Part shown: one piece after another, positions 56,904 through 64,000 of the stretch
Layout: the number at the start of each line of letters is the position of its first letter
Numbering within the stretch: the first letter of the stretch is position 1
Virus record (IMG/VR): IMGVR_UViG_3300015370_000001
Coordinates: 1,104 to 65,103 of that record
Length of the DNA: 64,000 nucleotides
Source of the DNA: a virus
Taxonomy: Duplodnaviria; Caudoviricetes
Direction: 5' to 3' (one strand)
Notes under the pieces: generated by a model
What the model was told of the DNA's origin: nothing
The model's input: the letters and a program-made list of their open reading frames with translations, nothing else
The model's database searches: none
Program-made: the position numbers and the translations under genes

Positions 56904-57311
56904 ATGGCCATCACCACCAAGATCGAAACCATCACCGTCACCTCGACCATCCACACCGCGGGCTCAACCATCGTGGAGAAGGGGACCATCCGCGTCCGCA
57001 TGCCCTCGAACTACAACCCGGCCTTCGTCACCGCCGACGACATCGAGAACGACCCGGCCCTGGAGATCGTCGGGGACGAGCCCGAGCCCATGGACACCAC
57101 CACCATCACCATCACCCACGACGGCACCGAGTACACCGTCACCCTGCACGCGGACAAGCGCGTCACCGTCGAGCGGCACAGCCCGGGCCTGCGCGAGGTC
57201 GTGGCCAACCAGGGACGGTGGAACGGCGTGGCCGTCGAGGACGACCCCGCGCGCCTGGGAGACGAGCTGTGGGACGCGGTCGATGCGGCCTGCTACGAGA
57301 TGGAGGGCTAG
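56904..57311 (+). CDS. Hypothetical protein (Thr/Ile-rich)
   Basis: GGAGA RBS; strong GC3 bias. Confidence 0.65.
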   Translation: MAITTKIETITVTSTIHTAGSTIVEKGTIRVRMPSNYNPAFVTADDIENDPALEIVGDEPEPMDTTTITITHDGTEYTVTLHADKRVTVERHSPGLREVVANQGRWNGVAVEDDPARLGDELWDAVDAACYEMEG

Positions 57312-57314
57312 ACC

Positions 57315-57563
57315 ATGATCGAGCACACCTACTTCCGCGCCCGCATCACGCTCGGCTGCTCCATCGTTGGGTACGCCAGCGCGCACAACCCCGGGACCCG
57401 CGTGACCACCGAGACCAAGGGGCGACACCAGCACTGGACCGCGGCCAAGGCCAGCGCCGAGGCCTACCTGGACGCGCTCGGAGATGAGGGCGAGGGCTAC
57501 GGGTACGACTACCAGCTGCAGCGCGTCACCATCGACGTCGAGAACTTCGAGGTGCCCCGATGA
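57315..57563 (+). CDS. Hypothetical protein
   Basis: Operon-coupled. Confidence 0.65.
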   Translation: MIEHTYFRARITLGCSIVGYASAHNPGTRVTTETKGRHQHWTAAKASAEAYLDALGDEGEGYGYDYQLQRVTIDVENFEVPR

Positions 57564-57742
57564 ACACCCCCCAGCAGATCGCCCGCCGCAAGGCACGCAA
57601 GCGCGTGAAGCCCACCAAGGAACAGATCGACCGGCTGGCAGCAGAGGACGCGGCGCTCGACCGCTGGGCACCCTACGACTACGACCCGCGCGGCGAGGAC
57701 CAGTGGGAGCGTGAGCGTGACCGGCAGGCGGAGAGGTACTGA
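57560..57742 (+). CDS. Hypothetical protein
   Basis: ATGA-coupled. Confidence 0.6.
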   Translation: MNTPQQIARRKARKRVKPTKEQIDRLAAEDAALDRWAPYDYDPRGEDQWERERDRQAERY

Positions 57743-58167
57743 TGGGCGTCTCCGATCACTGGATGAACATCATCGACGACTGCCCGATCCACGGGCGCAC
57801 ACTGGCCGACTACCTGGAGGAGGACGACATGGTGAGTGACGAAGCACGAGACGAGGCGCTGATTCGGAGCGAGGGCACCAACCGGCGGCTATACGGCCGC
57901 GTGCTGGACCTGGAGGCCCGCGAGATCCACAACCGGCGGCGGATCGCCGAGTTGGAGACGGCCCTGATGGAGCTGGCCGCGCGACTCCACGGCCGGCCGG
58001 CAAGCCCGGGATACGAGCGGGCCATGGGAATCATCGAGGTACTGCGGCGCTGGGAGCTCGTTGGCAACCCCGCCGGACACATCGACCACCTCACGCGGCG
58101 CGGGCTTTTCGCGCAGTGGCAGCGGGCGGTCGAGGATTACGAGATGGGCGAAGGAGACTCGAAATGA
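57742..58167 (+). CDS. Hypothetical coiled-coil protein
   Basis: TGATG-coupled. Confidence 0.6.
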   Translation: MGVSDHWMNIIDDCPIHGRTLADYLEEDDMVSDEARDEALIRSEGTNRRLYGRVLDLEAREIHNRRRIAELETALMELAARLHGRPASPGYERAMGIIEVLRRWELVGNPAGHIDHLTRRGLFAQWQRAVEDYEMGEGDSK

Positions 58168-59543
58168 CCAGGATCGTAGAACTCAACGTCGAGGCCGTGA
58201 AGCGGATCACGGCTGCCCACATCAACCCGGACGGATCGCTCGTCATCATCGGCGGGCGCAACGCACAGGGCAAGTCGAGCGTGCTCGACAGCATCGCCTA
58301 CGCCATCGGCGGCAAGCGGCTGTTGCCGGCCGAGCCGCTGCAGCGCGGGGCAGACAAGGGCAAGGTCTCGGTCACGCTGGACGACGGCGTCACCATCACG
58401 CGGACCTTCACCCCCGGCGGCGGCGGAACGCTCAAGATCGAGACGGCGGACGGCATGTCCCCGAAGGGCGCCCAGGGATGGCTGGACGCGCGGATCGGGG
58501 CGTTGAGCTTCGACCCCACCGCTTTCCTCCGCGAGAAGCCGCAGGACCAGGCGGCAACGTTGCGCCGGCTGTGCGGCGTGGACACGACCGCCATCGACTC
58601 CAAGCGCAAAGCTGTGTACGACGAGCGAACGGAAATCGGGCGGGATGGTGCGCGAGCCAAGGGCGCGGCGGAATCGGCACTGCACCACGACGACGCCCCC
58701 GCCGAGGAGGTGTCCATCGAAGTCCTGATGCAGCGACGGCGCGAGGCTGGCGGGCAGCACAACGCCCATGCCTCGGCCGTTCGCGCGGTCGAGGAGATGC
58801 GCCGCAACGCAGCCGGATGCGAGCGGGATGCCGAGGCCATCGAGGCGCAGAGCATCACGGCACTCGCCAGCGCCAAGGCCGCCGCCGAGGAGACGCGCCG
58901 CCGTGCCGAGGAGATGATCCGACAGGCCGAAGAGGCGCTGCAGCGGGCCGAGGTGGAGGCCGCGGCCGAGGCGAAGCGGGCGAAGTCTCTGAGGGCCCAC
59001 GCCGCCGCGGTGGAGACCGAGGCCGCGAATGAGGACAAGACCGCCGCCAAGCTGGCCTCGGCTCTCCCCGACATCGACGCCATCGACGCCGAGATCGCCG
59101 GGGCCGACCTCGTCAACCGCAAGGTGCGCGACAACCGCGACCACGCCCGCAAGGTGGAGGCCGTCGAGGCCCTGCGCGCACAGTACGAAGCCAAGACCGC
59201 GGAGATCGCGGCGCTGGATGCACAGCGCGCCTCGATGTTGCAGGCGGCAGCGTTCCCGGTCGAGGGGCTCGGAATCAACGACACGGGCGTCGTCACGTAC
59301 AACGACATCCCCCTGGACCAGGCCAGCCAGGCCGAGCAGATCCGCGTCTCGCTGGGCATGGGGATCGCCATGTCGCCGGAGTTGCGCATCATCCTCATCC
59401 GCGACGGCTCCCTGCTGGACGCCGACAACCTGGCTCTGATTGCCGAGTTGGCCGAGAAGGCCGACGCCCAGGTCTGGATCGAACGGGTCGGTGGCGCTGA
59501 CGAGGGCGCGATCGTCATCGAGGACGGGCAGGTGGTGGCATGA
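58164..59543 (+). CDS. SMC/RecN/SbcC-like ABC-type ATPase
   Basis: Walker A GRNAQGKSS, long coiled coil, signature-like ASQAE, Walker B ILIRDGSLLD. Confidence 0.88.
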   Translation: MTRIVELNVEAVKRITAAHINPDGSLVIIGGRNAQGKSSVLDSIAYAIGGKRLLPAEPLQRGADKGKVSVTLDDGVTITRTFTPGGGGTLKIETADGMSPKGAQGWLDARIGALSFDPTAFLREKPQDQAATLRRLCGVDTTAIDSKRKAVYDERTEIGRDGARAKGAAESALHHDDAPAEEVSIEVLMQRRREAGGQHNAHASAVRAVEEMRRNAAGCERDAEAIEAQSITALASAKAAAEETRRRAEEMIRQAEEALQRAEVEAAAEAKRAKSLRAHAAAVETEAANEDKTAAKLASALPDIDAIDAEIAGADLVNRKVRDNRDHARKVEAVEALRAQYEAKTAEIAALDAQRASMLQAAAFPVEGLGINDTGVVTYNDIPLDQASQAEQIRVSLGMGIAMSPELRIILIRDGSLLDADNLALIAELAEKADAQVWIERVGGADEGAIVIEDGQVVA

Positions 59544-59896
59544 CCCCCCGCCGTGGACGCCCGCCGCTACCAGGCCCGCAGGACCTCCGCGTCTACAGGG
59601 TCCGCGAGCGCGACCCGGAGACCGGGAAGATCCGATACCGGGAGCCGCTGGGGTGGGTGTGTCCCGACCTCAAGGCGGCGATCCTGAACGTCATGCTGGG
59701 GGTGGAGTTCAAGGCCAGCGTCAAGTGGGGCCGGCGATACGACGAGGTCATGCGCGAGGACTGCCCGGGCATCACCGAGCGCGAGCTATTCCAGGCCGCC
59801 GCGGTGCTTGGCGTAGATTTTCGCAGGCTTGCGATTAAATCCCCACACGACGGCGGAGCGGTGGTAGACTGTTCCCACCACGGAGACGACCGATGA
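59540..59896 (+). CDS. Hypothetical protein with an AT-hook-like RGRP N-terminus
   Basis: MTPRRGRPP; coupled. Confidence 0.5.
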   Translation: MTPRRGRPPLPGPQDLRVYRVRERDPETGKIRYREPLGWVCPDLKAAILNVMLGVEFKASVKWGRRYDEVMREDCPGITERELFQAAAVLGVDFRRLAIKSPHDGGAVVDCSHHGDDR

Positions 59897-60759
59897 CACC
59901 AGGAATCAAGGATCTTGTCGGGCGCGAGCCCATAGCAGCGGCCCTCGCAGTCGGTATCAAGGGGCCGAGTGGAGCCCCCACCGAGCGCGACCGCTTCCAC
60001 GTTCTCAACCCGTCCGCACAGCTCAAGCAGTTCGGCCAGCGCTCCGGCCTCGTGCGCGAGCCGCACCCCAGCTTCGGCCCGTTCAACGGGGCCCCGGCTG
60101 GCAACCGTCAGACCGTCAAGGCCCGGCTGGCGCACGCCACCGTCGAGGAGTGCTGGACGTACAGCCTCAAAGCCCAGGTACTCCCCGGCATCTCGCATCC
60201 GAAGCGTGCCCCGGCGTGCAAGGGCAACGGCGTCAAGGCCGATCGGTACGACCCGGAGCGCGACACCTACCACACCATCGACTGCCCGCACGACAGGTGC
60301 CAGCACCGTCAGGCAGGGGACCGCAAGCCGGCCGCGTGTAAGCCGTGGATGCGCTTCCTGGCGCGCTTCGACTTCATCCGCACCGAGGATGGCAGGGGCT
60401 TGCCGAACATCGCATTCAAGTACGAGTCCGGCAGCTGGAACACGGTCAAGGCGTTCCTGGGCTTCTTCGAGTCCTTCGCGCGCAACTGTCGGAACCTGGG
60501 AGTCGAGCCGGCCGACGTGCCGCTGTTCGGTCTCCCCGTCGTGCTGCAGCTCCAGGAGAAGACCGACGCATCGCAGCAGCGCCGGTTCCCCGTGGTCACG
60601 CTGGCCGTGTCTGGCGACGACGACATCATCGCCTGGATCTTGATGCAGCGCGCGAGGATGGACGAACTCAAGGCGCTCCCGGCGCCCGCGCGGATCATCG
60701 ACGTGCAGGACGACAACGACCCGGACCTGATCAGCGGCCCGCAAGGGCTGGGAGGATGA
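59893..60759 (+). CDS. Gp3-like (recombination directionality factor-like) protein
   Basis: GIKDL…LAVGIKG…AP…F, CKGNG, CP..C, CKP..RF, SWNTV pattern; lies between the ATPase and the nuclease. Confidence 0.6.
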   Translation: MTPGIKDLVGREPIAAALAVGIKGPSGAPTERDRFHVLNPSAQLKQFGQRSGLVREPHPSFGPFNGAPAGNRQTVKARLAHATVEECWTYSLKAQVLPGISHPKRAPACKGNGVKADRYDPERDTYHTIDCPHDRCQHRQAGDRKPAACKPWMRFLARFDFIRTEDGRGLPNIAFKYESGSWNTVKAFLGFFESFARNCRNLGVEPADVPLFGLPVVLQLQEKTDASQQRRFPVVTLAVSGDDDIIAWILMQRARMDELKALPAPARIIDVQDDNDPDLISGPQGLGG

Positions 60760-61994
60760 CCATGCACCGCTCAACTACACTGAACACGATGCTCAGAACA
60801 TGTCCGGCCGCGTTGGACATGTACGACGCCCACGTCCCCTACGACCGCGAGGTCTACCAGTATGGCGTCGCCTCCCACGCGATCCTCGAGGCCATCGTCA
60901 AGCACCCCGATCACGACCCTTCCGAGTTGGCCGAATCCGTCGTGCGCGAGCTGGTCACCAACGGCCGCAGCTTCTACGGGCACGCAGAGCCCCCGATGGA
61001 CGTCCACGCGGCCACAGAGGGCCGAGACGTTGCGCTCGGCTGGCTGGCCCGCGACTTCGACGGCATCGATCCCAGGTGGCAGGCCGAGGTCATGCTGTCC
61101 GTGGATCGCAACTGGAACCCGTGCGACAGGGGAGCCGCGTGGCTGCACGGAATCATCGACGTGGTGGGCCCCTGCGAGTACGAAGACGACGAGATGGCCA
61201 TGGAGGGCGTGCTCGTGCGGGACTGGAAGGGGTCCTACCAGACCGAGGAGGCCGACCTGCAATCGCTGCAACAGAAGATCCAGACGCTCCTCGTCGTCGC
61301 CCACCACCCCGACGCCGCGTTCATCCGGCGACAGGTCACGAACCTACGCACGGGCCAGACGTTCTCCGAGGATCTGTGGTTGGACGACGAGGGCCGCGAG
61401 ACGCTCGCACAGTGGCGCCGGGACATCGCGCACGTGTGTGCTCAGGCGGAAGCCGTGGGACCCGATGGGCGGCGTGTGGCGCGGCCTGGACCGCGGTGCG
61501 GCGGGTGCCCGTATGTGCTGTCGTGCTCAGACGCGACACAGGGACTGCCGATGGGCTGGACGTGCGACCGCGACGAGTACACGGACATCGACCAGCTCGC
61601 TCGCTACTACGCCATCATCGACGCCATGCGGACCGAGATGGCCAAGACGCTCCGCCACGCCACCAAGGAAGGCCCCATCGCCGTGGACGGGGGGACGGTG
61701 GGCTACTCGACTCGTGAGACCCGCGAGTCGGCCCCAGGTGCCGCCGAGGCACTGGTCCGCGCGTGGGTACAGCCGACCGACTGGCCCTCGTGGGAGCGGG
61801 AGAACGCCGCCGTCATGGGGCTGCTCACAGCGATCCAGCCGGGGGCGTCGAGCGTCAAGTCGGTGGGTACGATCCTGTACCCCGGACGTGGACCGACGAA
61901 GCTCTCCGACTTCAAGGATCGGCGAGCGCAGCTGGAGAACGAAACCCTGACCACCAAGATCGGCACCGTGTTCGGTGTCACGAAAGGAAGTTGA
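60756..61994 (+). CDS. PD-(D/E)XK (RecB/Cas4-like) exonuclease
   Basis: TCP, GVASHAILE, E, GIIDVV, VRDWKG, Q, CGGCPYVLSC. Confidence 0.82.
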   Translation: MTMHRSTTLNTMLRTCPAALDMYDAHVPYDREVYQYGVASHAILEAIVKHPDHDPSELAESVVRELVTNGRSFYGHAEPPMDVHAATEGRDVALGWLARDFDGIDPRWQAEVMLSVDRNWNPCDRGAAWLHGIIDVVGPCEYEDDEMAMEGVLVRDWKGSYQTEEADLQSLQQKIQTLLVVAHHPDAAFIRRQVTNLRTGQTFSEDLWLDDEGRETLAQWRRDIAHVCAQAEAVGPDGRRVARPGPRCGGCPYVLSCSDATQGLPMGWTCDRDEYTDIDQLARYYAIIDAMRTEMAKTLRHATKEGPIAVDGGTVGYSTRETRESAPGAAEALVRAWVQPTDWPSWERENAAVMGLLTAIQPGASSVKSVGTILYPGRGPTKLSDFKDRRAQLENETLTTKIGTVFGVTKGS

Positions 61995-61995
61995 C

Positions 61996-62349
61996 ATGCT
62001 GACCACCAAGACCATCCCCGTCACCATCGAGAAGACCATCCACGAGTGCGCCTGCGAGCTTTGCCCGTCTGCCTGGGAGGTGTCCGACGACGACGCCCAG
62101 GTGATGATCCTCCCCGACCGCGAGCCCACGATCCGCATCGAGCACGAGGGCGGCGAGGTGCTGCTGTACGACCTGTGTGACGGGTGCGCGGCGTTCGTGC
62201 GCGACGGCCTGGACCGGCTGCTCACGCCGATCTCGCGGGCGCGGCGGTACGGCACGCAGGCTGCCCCCCAGGACCCGCAGGCCGCCGCGGTGGACGAGGA
62301 CGCGGGTGGGGACGGCGACGGGGCGGAGAAGGGCGGAGACGATGCCTAG
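61996..62349 (+). CDS. Hypothetical protein (CELC…DLCDGC)
   Basis: AAAGGAAG RBS. Confidence 0.6.
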   Translation: MLTTKTIPVTIEKTIHECACELCPSAWEVSDDDAQVMILPDREPTIRIEHEGGEVLLYDLCDGCAAFVRDGLDRLLTPISRARRYGTQAAPQDPQAAAVDEDAGGDGDGAEKGGDDA

Positions 62350-62638
62350 CCTCGAAGTACACAAGCGCTTCTCAGTCGAGGTTCAGTCTCACGAGGTTGC
62401 CGAGCTGTTCATCGACGGCACCGACGACTACCAGGCCGACGTGATCGAGGTGATTGCGGACGGGTTCGAGCAGTGGGGCGTGATGAAGGCTGACACACAG
62501 TGCATGCACGCCGTCGAGGCGCTCCCGCCGAAGGGCCGCGCGTGGCTCAAGCAGATGGCCGGCTGGGTCGAGTGCCTGGAAGACGAAGCGCGAAAGGCGA
62601 CCGAGCCAGCCGGCCCGACCGGCGAGGGGAGGCGGTGA
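62342..62638 (+). CDS. Hypothetical protein
   Basis: Coupled. Confidence 0.55.
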   Translation: MPSLEVHKRFSVEVQSHEVAELFIDGTDDYQADVIEVIADGFEQWGVMKADTQCMHAVEALPPKGRAWLKQMAGWVECLEDEARKATEPAGPTGEGRR

Positions 62639-62871
62639 TGGCGACGTTCATCGAGATCACCAGGCTCGACGGGTCGAAGGGCGCCGTCAACGTGGACCAG
62701 ATCGTCTCCGTGTGGCGCAAGACCGACAACAACCGGGACCAGTTTCCTCCCGGCATGAACACCGGGATCACCACGATCGTGGCCAAGGGGCTGTCGGCCC
62801 TGCACGCCGCCGAGCACTACCCCGCGGTCATGGCCCTGATCGCGCGGGCCGGGGCGAAGGTGGTCCGATGA
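62638..62871 (+). CDS. Hypothetical protein (FIEIT…AVNVDQI motif)
   Basis: Common small phage beta-fold pattern; TGATG-coupled. Confidence 0.65.
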   Translation: MATFIEITRLDGSKGAVNVDQIVSVWRKTDNNRDQFPPGMNTGITTIVAKGLSALHAAEHYPAVMALIARAGAKVVR

Positions 62872-63155
62872 TGTCCGCAGTCTGGAAATACACGCTCAAG
62901 GCCACATCCAGCCAGATCGTCGAGATGCCAGCGGGGGCGAAGGTCCTGTACGCAAGGGAGCAGTGGCGGGAGGTGTGCGTGTGGGCGCTCGTGGACGTTG
63001 ATGCTCCGGCCGTGCAGCGAGTGTTCTGGGTGTACGGAACCGGGCAGGACATCTATGGCGACAAGCCGACCAACGCGAAGTACGTCGGCTCGGCTCACCT
63101 CCACGGCGGGGCGCTGGTGTTCCACGTCTTCGACCTCGGCGAGGTGCCGACATGA
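62868..63155 (+). CDS. Conserved small phage protein (VWKY.L…IVEMPAGAKVL…VWALVD)
   Basis: Recognisable recurrent phage family. Confidence 0.75.
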   Translation: MMSAVWKYTLKATSSQIVEMPAGAKVLYAREQWREVCVWALVDVDAPAVQRVFWVYGTGQDIYGDKPTNAKYVGSAHLHGGALVFHVFDLGEVPT

Positions 63156-63258
63156 CCCGCCTACTCACCATGATCCGCCGTCTGCGCCACCGCGGCATCG
63201 ACGTGCCCCGCTCGCTCTGGTACGCGCCGGGTCACTGCCGGGTGCCGGGGAGGCTGCC

Positions 63259-64000
63259 ATGATGGAGCGATTCTGCGGCAACTGCGCACACGAGGGCAGC
63301 GGGTCGATCTCGTGCGCCCACTGTGACGACGGCTACAGCGGGTGGACGCCGCTGGGTGATCCCGTCGCCCGCTGGAGATCCACCGCCCGCCGCATGGCCC
63401 ACGACGCCCGCGGCTGGCGCCGGCAGGCCGAGACGGACGCGGAGACCGTGGAGGAGTGCAAGGCCCGGATGGAGATCCAGGCGGGCGAGATCGGGCGGCT
63501 GAAGGCAACGGCCCGCACGATGGCGAGGGAGGCGAGGGAGTGGCGAGGAGCGATGGAGGACCTCGACACCTACGACGGCAACGCAGCTGTCTGCATCCGT
63601 GATCAGTTCGAGTCGATCCACAGGCTGCGAGGCATCCTCCGCGAGGCCGCGTCCATCCTCGCCAATGCCACCGAGACTCACCATGACTACGCTGGCACCG
63701 AGGCCGTCGCCGCGCTGGCCCAGGTGGCCGCCCAGGTGATCCGGCTGCAGGACGAGACCATCGCGGACAGGGACGCAGAGATCGCACGATTGGAGAGGGC
63801 GATCGCCTGGGAGCGAGAGGTGGTGGTGCCTGACCTCGTCTCCGAGCGAGACGCACGAGGGGCCATCCTCGACAACGGCTGCACGCTGCTGCTCAAGGCC
63901 ATGGGCACCTACGAGCCTGGGCCTGGACGACCGATGTGGATCTACACGATGCGAGACGCGTCCGAGACGATCGCCCGGTTGCGCCGCGTGATGGAGGACC
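63259..64000 (+). CDS. Hypothetical CxxC + coiled-coil protein, truncated by the window end
   Basis: Frame open from ATG63259 (MMERFCGNC…) to the window edge. Confidence 0.6.
   Translation, partial: MMERFCGNCAHEGSGSISCAHCDDGYSGWTPLGDPVARWRSTARRMAHDARGWRRQAETDAETVEECKARMEIQAGEIGRLKATARTMAREAREWRGAMEDLDTYDGNAAVCIRDQFESIHRLRGILREAASILANATETHHDYAGTEAVAALAQVAAQVIRLQDETIADRDAEIARLERAIAWEREVVVPDLVSERDARGAILDNGCTLLLKAMGTYEPGPGRPMWIYTMRDASETIARLRRVMED

Noticed and set aside
60345-60755. 549-aa version of the nuclease ORF (also the long starts of 36327, 37342, 46761, 47792, 52658-54091)
   Set aside because: The N-terminal extensions overlap real upstream genes in another frame; downstream coupled starts with RBS are preferred.
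60756-61994. Nuclease as evidence of a CRISPR-associated Cas4
   Set aside because: The context is a phage recombination module; no cas1/cas2 or array.
1-64000. Alternative genetic code or stop-codon reassignment
   Set aside because: Hallmark genes are full length under the standard code and end in TGA, TAG and TAA.

Overview
The whole 64 kb window is a GC-rich tailed dsDNA bacteriophage or prophage (Caudoviricetes). It is most likely a siphovirus, since there is a tail tube, a chaperone frameshift and a tape measure gene but no recognisable sheath gene. No host housekeeping genes, integrase, tRNA, rRNA or CRISPR array were recognised. Gene order: replication (SF2 helicase, DnaB-N/DUF927 protein, iteron-rich putative origin, resolvase-like nuclease, ASCH), small genes, terminase, HK97-type portal, minor head protein, XkdF-like protease, an inverted HTH/hypothetical/HNH cassette, scaffold, major capsid, neck, tail tube, frameshifting chaperone, tape measure and tail tip. 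Next come a ~10 kb glycan-synthesis and tailoring operon (4 glycosyltransferase domains, epimerase, UDP-sugar dehydrogenase, 4 methyltransferase-like genes, a sulfotransferase-like gene), a signal-peptide beta-helix protein and other exported proteins. Lysis genes, a Mom-like DNA modifier, a leftward block of small early genes and a rightward recombination module (SMC-like ATPase, Gp3-like protein, PD-(D/E)XK nuclease) complete the window. The best candidate for an undescribed system is the glycan operon with methylation and sulfation plus the adjacent exported proteins. All product calls come from motif recognition by eye; no database search was run.
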